DNA of 64,000 nucleotides from an uncultured Erysipelotrichaceae bacterium (GTDB lineage: Bacteria; Bacillota_I; Bacilli_A; RF39; UBA660). Of the stretch, positions 10,080 to 19,552 are shown piece after piece. The position numbers and the translations under genes are program-made. Within the stretch, counting starts at the first letter, position 1. Each line of letters begins with the position of its first letter. The notes under the pieces were generated by a model. It made no database searches. It saw nothing but the letters and a program-made list of their open reading frames with translations, and was not told where the DNA came from. The stretch lies in the NCBI GenBank assembly GCA_902783895.1, contig CACZST010000034.1:23748-87747 (forward strand). Reading direction: 5' to 3'.

Positions 10080-10520
10080 TTATTTTTTAAATATTACTAA
10101 TTTACTTAATACGTAGTTGAATATAATAACAATTATTTGAGCTGCTAGTTTAGCTATATCATCATTCATAGAAAGCATTGAAACAGTTACATACATGAAT
10201 ATCATCTCAATAAATAATGATGATAGTCTGGCTAGGAAGAAACTTGTAATTTCTTTTAATTGGCTTTTTCCTTTAACATAACTTTTGAAAACAAAGTATT
10301 TGTTTGTGAAATAAGCAAAGGTAACTGCTACAACCCATGATATAACAGTAGCAATTTGAATATCTAATGGTGTTTTTGATGATAATATTGTTATCATAAG
10401 TAATTTATATGTTATTAAATTTATAACAGTTGTTAGGACACCAAAGACTAAATAATTTATCATTTCTTCGTATTTTTTATAAAGGGTTTTTATTTTATCT
10501 AACATATATTCCCCCCACAA
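10080..10520 (-). CDS. GtrA-family membrane protein
   Basis: 146 aa, 4 TM; MLDKIKTLYKKYEEMINYLVFGVLTTVINL... typical of the GtrA-like family. Confidence 0.65.
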   Translation of the reverse strand: MWGEYMLDKIKTLYKKYEEMINYLVFGVLTTVINLITYKLLMITILSSKTPLDIQIATVISWVVAVTFAYFTNKYFVFKSYVKGKSQLKEITSFFLARLSSLFIEMIFMYVTVSMLSMNDDIAKLAAQIIVIIFNYVLSKLVIFKK

Positions 10521-10870
10521 GTTTCAACATATGTATATTTGTATTGGTTATATGATGGATCTTTTGTTATTCTTACACATCCATCCATTTTATTACCAGT
10601 TGTTGGATCTTTAATTTCTTTTTTAGAGCTTAAATAACCTTCAGTTTTTAAACTATCTACTTTAATATCACATGATGTATCTGGCAATTTTTGAGTATTA
10701 TCAGTTCCCCATCTTTTTGCGGCGGTGATAATAGTTTGTTTTTGCTCTTTAAGTGTTTTTTCTTTAGATTTGTTTAACGTATCTGATACTGTTGGCATAA
10801 CTATTACAGCAATAATGGCAAGTAATGTAATTACACCAAGAAGTTCAACTAAGGTAAATCCTTTTTTCAT
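10499..10870 (-). CDS. prepilin-type N-terminal cleavage/methylation domain protein (type IV pilin / ComGC-like), orphan
   Basis: AGGTGAGGAG SD then ATG at 10870. MKKGFTLVELLGVITLLAIIAVIV has the class III signal G/FTLVE; two Cys pairs in the C-terminal part. Confidence 0.75.
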   Translation of the reverse strand: MKKGFTLVELLGVITLLAIIAVIVMPTVSDTLNKSKEKTLKEQKQTIITAAKRWGTDNTQKLPDTSCDIKVDSLKTEGYLSSKKEIKDPTTGNKMDGCVRITKDPSYNQYKYTYVETCGGNIC

Positions 10871-10943
10871 ACTCCTCACCTAGTTTAAATTATACTTTGA
10901 GTTTTTTAATTAGTCAACTTTATAGTAAAAAAGTATTATCCTT

Positions 10944-11222
10944 TTAGAATAATACTTTTTGGTTTCCCTCTTCAGGTTCATCTTTTTGTTCTTTAGTAAT
11001 TTTGTCTAAATAATCAATATCATTGTTAAGCATTTCCAATCTATTTTGAATAGCTTGGTTAGCTAGGAATTCTGCAGTTTCTTCAATATTATCAGCATTT
11101 CCTTGAGCCATTAATGTTTTGATAAAGTTTTCTTTGATTTCTTCTTTTTGCTGAACCATTTTTTGAGCAAATCTAATATTTTCTTTTAATTTTTCAATAT
11201 TTGTTTTTACGATTTCATCCAT
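10944..11222 (-). CDS. hypothetical acidic coiled-coil protein
   Basis: ORF 10944..11270; internal Met start chosen to avoid overlap. Confidence 0.35.
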   Translation of the reverse strand: MDEIVKTNIEKLKENIRFAQKMVQQKEEIKENFIKTLMAQGNADNIEETAEFLANQAIQNRLEMLNNDIDYLDKITKEQKDEPEEGNQKVLF

Positions 11223-11223
11223 A

Positions 11224-11739
11224 TTATTTACCTCCTTTAGCTTTTTGTTTTGCTTTTGTTTGATATTCATCTAATTTAATATCGTGCAATTTACAATAAT
11301 TGTTAACTTCATTTATTTGTTGATTTATGTAATTGCAGTGGTTTACAATGTTGTTACGGAAAAAGCTTTCATAAAATTCTTCTTCTGATAGTGCAGATAC
11401 AGATTTTGTATATCTTTGAACATTAATTTTTTTAGATCTTTCATAGTCGCTTAAAAATAAACTAAAACCTTGATTTAAAAAGTGAGAGGCATTTGCGATT
11501 TGTTGTCTTAATTTCTTAATGATATTATTACTTTCAAATGATAGTTCTTGTTTCTCATATGCTCTTAATACTTCAATAGTAGTTGTTATTTGACTATCTA
11601 TATATTCTTCTGCAGCTTTTTCAAAAGCTTTTAAAATATTTTCTCCTTCTTTAATTACCTCGAATAATTCGATGTTATCATTATTATACATTTCCATGGC
11701 TCTTTCTTCGCCATATACTTCTAATTCTTTATTTGTCAT
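11224..11739 (-). CDS. hypothetical protein
   Basis: 171 aa ORF, codon usage consistent with neighbours. Confidence 0.45.
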   Translation of the reverse strand: MTNKELEVYGEERAMEMYNNDNIELFEVIKEGENILKAFEKAAEEYIDSQITTTIEVLRAYEKQELSFESNNIIKKLRQQIANASHFLNQGFSLFLSDYERSKKINVQRYTKSVSALSEEEFYESFFRNNIVNHCNYINQQINEVNNYCKLHDIKLDEYQTKAKQKAKGGK

Positions 11740-11824
11740 ACTTTTTCCTCCATGTGTGTATATTTTACCCTTTTTTTATAAATTGTCAAATTTGCATATA
11801 AAAATGTAGTATTTTCGTACTACA

Positions 11825-12667
11825 TTAACTTTTTTGATATTTTTTGACTTTTTTACTATCTTCTTCTTTTTCAATTTTTTCTATATCTATATCTTGGGTA
11901 AGTCTTTTTACTTCTCTGTCGTCACGGACTTTTTCAAGTCCCATTTTTTTAATGACTCCTTGTGCATAACACATATCAAGATAACCATTTATAATTTCGT
12001 CTTTATATGTTGTGTATCTTTCTACTGTTTCAAATATCTCTGAGTTTTCTCTTTTTAATTTTTCGATTTTTCCATCGCTTAACCAGTTGTTTAAGACATA
12101 TTCAGCACTTCTAATATATTCTTCACATATTGCTATTACAACTATGAAATTAGTTCTGTTTAATCTTCTTTCTAGACTACCTATTTTTCCAAGTTCACAA
12201 TCAATTGAATATTTAGCGTATAGATAATATTTTCCTAAGGTATTTTTTACTTCAAGATTTTCATTTAAGAACTTTTCTTTCTTTTTTGTATCCTGCCAAC
12301 TTTCTAGAATTATATTTATAAATTTTGTTTTCTTTTCACATTCATCTAGAATGTATGGATTATCATCATTTATTCCTTTTTCTAATACTTTTATTTGTTT
12401 AATTTCATTTAAAATTTGGCTTTCATTTATTGTTTCTTCAACATCTGAATGCATGCTTAAATAGAGTTTTCTGACTTCGCTTTTCATCCAATTATTTAAA
12501 ACAAAATTTATTCTTTTTATGCATTCAAAATAATCATCTGCGTTTTTATTTGGTAAATGACTTATTTTTTTCATTTCAGCATTAATGCTTTCTTCACAGA
12601 TTACATAAAAATCTTGTTCATCTTTTGTTTCTAAATATTCTTTTATTCTCTCGTCCATAAGGCTCAC
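11825..12667 (-). CDS. hypothetical acidic protein
   Basis: 280 aa ORF. Confidence 0.45.
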   Translation of the reverse strand: MSLMDERIKEYLETKDEQDFYVICEESINAEMKKISHLPNKNADDYFECIKRINFVLNNWMKSEVRKLYLSMHSDVEETINESQILNEIKQIKVLEKGINDDNPYILDECEKKTKFINIILESWQDTKKKEKFLNENLEVKNTLGKYYLYAKYSIDCELGKIGSLERRLNRTNFIVVIAICEEYIRSAEYVLNNWLSDGKIEKLKRENSEIFETVERYTTYKDEIINGYLDMCYAQGVIKKMGLEKVRDDREVKRLTQDIDIEKIEKEEDSKKVKKYQKS

Positions 12668-12796
12668 TCCCCCACAAACTCTACTATACCTGTATTATAT
12701 AAATATTTAATTATTTTGTCAAATACACATTATGTGCGCTAAAATTGTTTAAGTTTTAATCTTATGTTAAAATATTTTAAGAAAAGCGGTGATTTG

Positions 12797-13915
12797 ATGA
12801 AAGCAGTTGGAATTATTTGTGAATATAATCCGATGCATAACGGACATTTATATCATTTAAAAAAAGTTAGAGAGTTATTTCCTGGATATACAATTATACT
12901 TGTTTTAGGTGGAAATTATACCCAAAGAGGTGAATTTAGTATAATAGATAAATGGAAGAAAACTGAGATTGCGCTTAATTATGTTGATTTAGTTATTGAA
13001 CTTCCTTTTGTTTTTGCGGTACAAGCGGCAGATATTTTCGCAAAAGGGGCCTGCGAAATTTTAAAAAATTTAAAAGTTGATGCGGTTGTTTTTGGTAGTG
13101 AGTGCGATAATATTTCTAATTTAAAGAAGATGGTTAAAATTCAAGAAAGTGATGATTATCATAAAAGAGTTAATTATTTTTTGGATAAAGGTCTTAATTA
13201 CCCTACTGCTTTGTCTAAATCTTTGGAAGATCTAGGTGGAGATAATATAAAGGATTCTAATGATTTATTAGCTTTAGGATATGTTAGAAATTTAATGGAT
13301 AGTGATATTATAATTAAAACAATTAAAAGAACTAATGATTATAATAGTTTAGATTTAAATTTAGAATATGCATCTGGCACTGGAATTAGAAAAGCTTTAA
13401 GGGAAGGTATTGATGTTAGTAAGTTTGTTCCTAAAGTAACTTATGATAATCTTAATAATTTACATTTTTTTGAGGATTATTTTGAACTTTTAAAATATAA
13501 AATAATTAGTGATGATGATTTAAGTAAATATCAAACGGTTGATGAAGGTATTGAAGGCAGAATTAAAAAAGAAATTTATAAAGCTACATCTTTAGATGAT
13601 CTAATTAAAAGAGTTAAAAGTAAAAGATATACATATGCGAAAATAAATCGAATGTTTTTGCATATATTTGTAGGTTTTACTAAGGAGGAAGCTAAACGTT
13701 TTAACAAATTAGAATATATTAGAGTTTTAGGTTTTAATAATAAAGGAAGAGGCTATTTAAAATATATTAAAGATAAATGTAGTCTTCCTATTATTACAAA
13801 ATATTCAAAGGACTTTCCAATGCTTGATTTAGAAAATAGAGTTAATGAAATATATAATATAAAAGAAAAAGATGATTTAGAAAGTGATTATAAACATAAG
13901 CCTATTATTTTCTAA
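12797..13915 (+). CDS. tmcAL: tRNA(Met) cytidine acetate ligase (YlbM/UPF0348 nucleotidyltransferase family)
   Basis: Start MKAVGIICEYNPMHNGHLYHL after GGTGA SD; HxGH-like NPxHNGH motif of the family. Confidence 0.7.
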   Translation: MKAVGIICEYNPMHNGHLYHLKKVRELFPGYTIILVLGGNYTQRGEFSIIDKWKKTEIALNYVDLVIELPFVFAVQAADIFAKGACEILKNLKVDAVVFGSECDNISNLKKMVKIQESDDYHKRVNYFLDKGLNYPTALSKSLEDLGGDNIKDSNDLLALGYVRNLMDSDIIIKTIKRTNDYNSLDLNLEYASGTGIRKALREGIDVSKFVPKVTYDNLNNLHFFEDYFELLKYKIISDDDLSKYQTVDEGIEGRIKKEIYKATSLDDLIKRVKSKRYTYAKINRMFLHIFVGFTKEEAKRFNKLEYIRVLGFNNKGRGYLKYIKDKCSLPIITKYSKDFPMLDLENRVNEIYNIKEKDDLESDYKHKPIIF

Positions 13916-15335
13916 TGTCATCTTTTTTTATTGTTTCAATTTTAAGGAAATTTGTGGTTTTTAATTTATTCATATCTGGGAAGCCACCAGTTATGATTAT
14001 TAAATCATCTTCTTTTAATTTTAATTTATCTATAGCTTTTAATTTACAATTTTCAACTAATGATTCAATATCATCATACGGTTTTACAATAGCTGGGTAA
14101 ACGCCGTAATTTAAAGCTAAAGATTTGGCAACTTTTTCATTATTGCATGCGGCTAAAACTAATGATTTTGGTTTTAAAGTTCCTATTAATTTTGCTGTGT
14201 AACCGGTAGCAGTTGCGACTACAATACCTTTTATGTTTAATAGTTTATCTGTATCAATAACATTTTGCGCAATGGCGGAAGGAATTCTATCACATCTTGC
14301 ATATGATTTTTGATTTTTATAATCATAGTATTCTTCAGCTGTTTTAGCGGCCTGGCTCATATACTGTACTGCTTTAATAGGATGTTTTCCTACAGTTGTT
14401 TCTCCTGATAACATTATGGCATCTGTTCCATCTAATACAGCATTAGCAACATCGGAAATTTCAGCTCTTGTTGGTCTTGCACTTGTATACATTGAGGCAA
14501 GCATTTCAGTTGCGACAATACTTGTTCTTCCAATTGTACGGCATTTTTCAATAATTTGTTTTTGCAGGATTGGTAATTTATCCATAGGCATTTCTACACC
14601 CAAATCACCTCTAGCCACCATAATACCATCACTTACTTTGATAATTGAATCAATGTTTTTAATAGCAGTTTCACTTTCAATTTTAGATATTAATTGCATA
14701 TCTTCTCTTCCCTGTGATTTTAGTATTTCTCTAACTGCAAGTACATCTTCAGCACATGATACGAAAGATAAAGCTAGGAAATCACCATCATTTTGACAAG
14801 CATATATTATATCTTCTTCATCTTGTTTAGATATAAAGTTTAAGTTTAAATTTACACCCGGTACACTTACACCTTTTTTATCTTTTAAAATTCCGCCATC
14901 AATTATTTTACATATTAATTCCTCATCATTTTTATCTATAACTTCTAATTTCATTAAACCATCTTCAAGCAAGATAGTATTCCCTACTTCAATATAGTCT
15001 AATGTTTCTTTATAATTAACAGTAAATTTTTCTTCAGTTCCAAGGATATCTTCTTTTACAATTTTTATTGTTTCTCCAGGTATTAGTTCAATACTTCCGG
15101 TTTTAGTTTTGCCAGTTCTAAAGTCTGGTCCTTTGGTATCATATAAAACAGCTACATGATGATCTAAATCCTCATTTACTTTTTTAACTAAGTTTAATAC
15201 TGTTTCTACTTCTTCTTTGGTTGCATGTGAAAAATTTATACGGGCAACATTCATGCCATTTTCAACCATTTGTTTAAATACTTTATAATCAGAGCTTGCT
15301 GGCCCGATTGAACAAATTATTTTTGTTTTTTTCAT
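13905..15335 (-). CDS. pyk: pyruvate kinase
   Basis: Start MKKTKIICSIGPAS (internal Met of ORF 13905..15386); ...TKGPDFRTG...MVARGDLGVE, the PK signature. Confidence 0.9.
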   Translation of the reverse strand: MKKTKIICSIGPASSDYKVFKQMVENGMNVARINFSHATKEEVETVLNLVKKVNEDLDHHVAVLYDTKGPDFRTGKTKTGSIELIPGETIKIVKEDILGTEEKFTVNYKETLDYIEVGNTILLEDGLMKLEVIDKNDEELICKIIDGGILKDKKGVSVPGVNLNLNFISKQDEEDIIYACQNDGDFLALSFVSCAEDVLAVREILKSQGREDMQLISKIESETAIKNIDSIIKVSDGIMVARGDLGVEMPMDKLPILQKQIIEKCRTIGRTSIVATEMLASMYTSARPTRAEISDVANAVLDGTDAIMLSGETTVGKHPIKAVQYMSQAAKTAEEYYDYKNQKSYARCDRIPSAIAQNVIDTDKLLNIKGIVVATATGYTAKLIGTLKPKSLVLAACNNEKVAKSLALNYGVYPAIVKPYDDIESLVENCKLKAIDKLKLKEDDLIIITGGFPDMNKLKTTNFLKIETIKKDDIRK

Positions 15336-15336
15336 T

Positions 15337-16167
15337 TTACTTCTCCTTTTGACAGTTTGGACAGAAATATGTTCCTCTTCCACCAACTGTGATTTTTTCT
15401 ATTTTAGTTTGACAATTTGGACATATATCTTTTGTGTGAACTAAAAGTTTGTTTTGAAATCTTCCGTGAACACCTTCACTTGAGGTATAACTTTTTATAG
15501 TTGTGCCACCTTCTTTTATAGCTTCATCTAAAACTTTTTTGGTATTTTCAATTATTTTATAAATCTTTTCATCTGATAATGTTTTGGCATTTTCAAGTGG
15601 ATTTATTTTACTTAAGAAAAGTATTTCATCAGCGTATATATTTCCAATACCAACTATTATACTTTGGTCTAATAGTTCTGTTTTAATTGGTTTGTTTTTA
15701 AATTTTTGTTTTAGGTAATTGATATTTAAATTACTATCCCATGGTTCTAGTCCTAAATCTTTAAGAGGTTTTGTTTTAAATACCTCCTCTTTGGGGATTA
15801 GGTACATTTTTCCAAATTTTCTAGTATCATGATATCTAAGCTGTTCATGACTATTTTTTATTTTATTTTCAAAGGTAAATACTATATGTTCATGTTTGGA
15901 AAGTTCATCTTCTTCATTTTTAATAAAATATTTTCCTTCCATTCTTAAATGACTAAGTAAATAATAATCATTTAATTCAAACATTAACCATTTTCCTCTT
16001 CTTTTAATATCAATTATATTTTGATTTTTTATTTCTCTTTTAAATTCTTTAGGAGATGGATAGGCAATTATGTTATCCCAATATATTTTAGAAGCTATTA
16101 TTTTCTTATGTAATATTTGTTTTTTTAAGGTGTTTTTGACAGTTTCTACTTCTGGTAATTCTGGCAT
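15337..16167 (-). CDS. mutM: formamidopyrimidine-DNA glycosylase
   Basis: MPELPEVETV N-terminus (catalytic Pro2, Glu3); C-terminal CxxC-x16-CxxC zinc finger. Confidence 0.9.
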   Translation of the reverse strand: MPELPEVETVKNTLKKQILHKKIIASKIYWDNIIAYPSPKEFKREIKNQNIIDIKRRGKWLMFELNDYYLLSHLRMEGKYFIKNEEDELSKHEHIVFTFENKIKNSHEQLRYHDTRKFGKMYLIPKEEVFKTKPLKDLGLEPWDSNLNINYLKQKFKNKPIKTELLDQSIIVGIGNIYADEILFLSKINPLENAKTLSDEKIYKIIENTKKVLDEAIKEGGTTIKSYTSSEGVHGRFQNKLLVHTKDICPNCQTKIEKITVGGRGTYFCPNCQKEK

Positions 16168-16382
16168 TATTTTTCCTTATATTCAGCTTCTATAATAACA
16201 CTTTTTACTTTTTTATTTTTCGTTTGTTTCTCTCTTGGTTTTCTTTCTTTGATAACTCTATAAATTGTGTAAATTACTACTCCTATTAAAAGAAAAATTA
16301 AAAAATATGCGAAAAATGTAAAAAATAATACTACTATAATTATTCCTAAAACAATGTATAATGCTTTTTTTAATGTGTCCAT
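16167..16382 (-). CDS. small membrane protein
   Basis: 71 aa, two hydrophobic helices, basic tail. Confidence 0.35.
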   Translation of the reverse strand: MDTLKKALYIVLGIIIVVLFFTFFAYFLIFLLIGVVIYTIYRVIKERKPREKQTKNKKVKSVIIEAEYKEK

Positions 16383-16473
16383 TTGATCACCAATCTTTCT
16401 TTTTAAATTATAACATCTAAGGTATAAAAAGACAAATAAAAAGGCACGATATTTGTGCCTATAGTAATTATTT

Positions 16474-17595
16474 TTATTTTTTATTTTTTGTAGTTTTTCT
16501 CATTATGACAGCTGATCCAATTACACAAGCTATTCCAAGTCCTGCAATTATTATTGAACCAAATGCGGATGTGGATGGTACTTCTACTACCTGTCCATTG
16601 TCCACTTTTACTTCATCTTTCTTATTTTCTTCATTTTTTGGTTCTTCTTTGACTTCTTCCACATATTTTGAAACTGTATATGGGTTTGTTTCTGTGCCTT
16701 CTCCATTTAATGTAGTTTCAGAAGAAAGGTAGAACGCAGGACAAACACTTCGCTCATAGCGTGGGTAACTGTAGCCTAAGAAACCACCACTATAGACGCG
16801 GTACACATTGTATGAGTCTGATGATGCGTTAAGAGAAAGTGTCCATGAATTATTGTCTGAATATAAATAATTATGTGTTTCGCTATTATTATAGCATGAT
16901 GTATTATAGGCATATGCATTTACATTTGTACATTCACTATTTGTTGATGCTTTTACATAATCTGTCGCATTCATAAGTGCTATTTTACCATTCCATTTAT
17001 ATGATGATTCTTCTTTTATACTTTCCGATAAATTAGTTTGATTATATGTGATTGGTCCAATATTCCATGTTTTTTCTACTATTAAACTTTTTACAATATC
17101 ATTCAAACCATTGTAAAAATCATTGTTTAAATATGTATTTAAAGTTGCTTCTTTATCTGGCAAATTTTTAAGTGTTCCATTTGCTTCCCATGGCATTTGA
17201 GTTACTTTATTCCCATTTGCATCAAGTGTCGTTGTATTGTTTCCCCATGATTTACAACCATCTTCACTTGTACAATAATCTTCACTATTAGTAGAATATC
17301 TAGCATTTTTCGCATCCCATGCTATTTTTCCAAGAGTCTCCTGTTTTATTACTTTTATTGTTCCATCTTTTTCTACTGATATTATTCTATATAAATCATC
17401 ACCTAATTTAATATAGTTATTAGGGTTACCTCCCCTTTAAATATATCTTCCATCAATAGTGGAATCTGCATAAAGTCCATCTCCAGTTGTTACTGCATTT
17501 TTCTTTAGTATATCTGCTGCCCTCTCCATTGCACTTACTGGATAAAAAGATATACTTAAAATAAATATTGTTAATGTTAAAAATAATTTCTTCAT
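16474..17595 (-). pseudogene. surface-protein family paralog (same family as 61421..62548) inactivated by an in-frame TAA at 17437..17439 (Tyr codon in the intact paralogs)
   Basis: ATG at 17595 encodes MKKLFLTLTIFILSISFYPVSAMERAADILKKNAVTTGDGLYADSTIDGRYI-stop-RGGNPNNYIKLGDDLYRII. The stop is in the same frame as ORF 16474..17196. Paralog 61421..62548 reads YIYRGGNPNNY at this position. Confidence 0.75.
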
Positions 17596-17678
17596 ATATT
17601 TAATCCTCTCCTACTTTACTATAACCATTTTATCAAAAAAATTAATATTTTTTACGAATAATTTACTTGTATTAAAAC

Positions 17679-17915
17679 TTAATCTATATTTAAATTCTTT
17701 TTTACAATTGGCATAAGGAGTTTCTTTATTTCTTCTAAATCTTCATTTTTAATTTCATTACTAGAAGAAGATATTATTTTATATTCATCTAAGATATCAT
17801 CTTCTTTATCATTTACTCTTACTATATAGCTGTATGTGTTATTTTTATAATCTACAGTAGCAATAACTAGCCATTTTTCATTATTTTCTAAGGTTATTAT
17901 TTTATCCATTTTCAA
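17679..17915 (-). CDS. small acidic protein, DUF1292-like
   Basis: 78 aa; ITLENNEKWLVIATVDYKNNTYSYIV pattern resembles the DUF1292/YrzB-like family (from memory). Confidence 0.4.
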   Translation of the reverse strand: MKMDKIITLENNEKWLVIATVDYKNNTYSYIVRVNDKEDDILDEYKIISSSSNEIKNEDLEEIKKLLMPIVKKNLNID

Positions 17916-17978
17916 TCCTCTTTTCTATATTAAATTGTAACATCATTTTGCTTCGATAGGCAATACATTATATTAATT

Positions 17979-18007
17979 TTGACATTTTTTTAAACGTGTG
18001 CTATTAT
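17979..18007 (+). promoter_or_regulatory. sigma-A promoter driving the serS T-box leader (TTGACA-17-TATTAT)
   Basis: TTGACA at 17979-17984, 17 nt spacer, TATTAT at 18002-18007. Confidence 0.6.
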
Positions 18008-18009
18008 AA

Positions 18010-18215
18010 TTCTAATAAATCGAAGAAAAAGACTAGTAATATAAGTTAATGTATTAAAGAGAGTTAGTGGTTGGTGTGAACTAATATACATTTTTATATG
18101 AATCTACTTTGGAGAGAAGCTAATCACTTCCGGCCTAGCCGTTATTTTAATTAAGATCTATATTAGGATGGTACCGTAATTTATTTACTCCTATATTATA
18201 GGTCTTTTTATTTTC
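18010..18215 (+). promoter_or_regulatory. T-box riboswitch leader of serS, with terminator/antiterminator
   Basis: AGAGAG stem I motif (18058-18063). UCC Ser specifier candidate in cacTTCCggc. Conserved T-box sequence attaGGATGGTACCGtaa (18163-18179). Terminator hairpin cctat-atta-tagg followed by tcttttta. Confidence 0.75.
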
Positions 18216-18244
18216 TTTTGGTTTATTTGGAAAAGAGGGATAAA

Positions 18245-19531
18245 ATGATTGATATTAAAATTATTAGGGAAAAACCTGATGTAGTTAAAGAAAACATTAG
18301 AAAAAAGTTTCAAGATGATAAATTACCTTTAGTAGATGAGATAATTAATCTCGATGAAGAAGTTAGAAAAGTTAAGGCTCGTGGTGATGAACTTAGATCT
18401 ATTCGTAATAAAACTAGTGCGTTAATTGGTCAATTAATAAGTGAAGGCAATGAAGCTGAGGCTATGAATGTTAAAAAAGAGGTTTCAAAATATGGAAAAG
18501 AAATAGATGAACTTTCTAAGAAGGAAGCTCATTTAAATGAAGAAATTAAAAAAAGAATGATGGTTATTCCAAATATTATTGATGCTTCTGTTCCTATTGG
18601 GGAAGATGACACTAAAAATGTTGAAAACGAAAAATTTGGTGAACCTATGGTTCCTGATTTTGAGGTTCCTTTCCATGCAGATATTTGTGAAAGACTTAAT
18701 GGTTTAGATAAGAAAAGTGCTGGTAGAACTAGTGGTAATGGATTTTATTATTTAATGGGTGATGTGGCAAGACTTCATTCTGCAATGCTTTCTTATGCCC
18801 GTGATTTTATGATTGATAAAGGATTTACATATGTCGTTCCTCCATTTATGATTAGAAGTGATGTTGTTAATGGCGTTATGAGCTTTTCTGAGATGGAAGA
18901 TATGATGTATAAAATTGAAGGTGAAGATTTATATTTGATTGGTACTTCTGAACATTCAATGATTGGTAAATTTAAAGATCAAATTATTAAAGAGGATGAA
19001 CTTCCTATTACATTAACTTCTTATTCTCCATGTTTTAGAAAAGAAGTTGGTGCTCATGGTATTGAGGAACGTGGTTTATATAGAGTTCATCAATTTGAAA
19101 AAGAGGAAATGATTGTTTTATGTAAGCCTGAAGATGGTATGAAATGGTATGACAAGATGTGGAAATATACTGTTGAATTTTTCAGAAGTTTAGATATTCC
19201 TGTTAGAACCTTAGAATGTTGTAGTGGTGATTTAGCTGATTTGAAAGTTAAATCTTGTGATGTTGAGGCTTGGAGTCCTAGACAAAAGAAATATTTTGAG
19301 GTTGGTTCTTGTTCTATTTTAGGTGATGCTCAGGCTAGAAGACTTGGTATTCGCATGAAGACTGATCATGGAAATGAGTATGTTACAACTTTAAATAATA
19401 CTGTTTTGGCTACTCCTCGTGGACTAATCGCTTTTCTTGAAAATAATGTTAATGAAGATGGTAGTGTTAATATTCCAGTGGCTTTAAGACCTTATATGGG
19501 TGGAATTGAAAAAATTACACCTAAAAAGTAA
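18245..19531 (+). CDS. serS: seryl-tRNA synthetase
   Basis: Start MIDIKIIREKPD after AAGAGGG SD; N-terminal coiled-coil arm; class II core. Preceded by the T-box leader. Confidence 0.9.
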   Translation: MIDIKIIREKPDVVKENIRKKFQDDKLPLVDEIINLDEEVRKVKARGDELRSIRNKTSALIGQLISEGNEAEAMNVKKEVSKYGKEIDELSKKEAHLNEEIKKRMMVIPNIIDASVPIGEDDTKNVENEKFGEPMVPDFEVPFHADICERLNGLDKKSAGRTSGNGFYYLMGDVARLHSAMLSYARDFMIDKGFTYVVPPFMIRSDVVNGVMSFSEMEDMMYKIEGEDLYLIGTSEHSMIGKFKDQIIKEDELPITLTSYSPCFRKEVGAHGIEERGLYRVHQFEKEEMIVLCKPEDGMKWYDKMWKYTVEFFRSLDIPVRTLECCSGDLADLKVKSCDVEAWSPRQKKYFEVGSCSILGDAQARRLGIRMKTDHGNEYVTTLNNTVLATPRGLIAFLENNVNEDGSVNIPVALRPYMGGIEKITPKK

Positions 19532-19552
19532 CTCATTTTTTGAGTTACTTTT
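19527..19552. terminator. shared hairpin terminator between convergent serS and polA
   Basis: gtaactca-ttttt-tgagttac palindrome; U-run on the minus-strand side. Confidence 0.5.

Noticed and set aside
14416-14796. Various + strand ORFs inside minus-strand housekeeping genes (for example 14416..14796 in pyk, 24327..24973 in polC, 31266..31814 in rnr, 55725..56027 and 57447..57803 in LRR genes)
   Set aside because: They are antisense to confidently identified genes and encode low-complexity S/F/L-rich peptides typical of AT-rich mirror frames.
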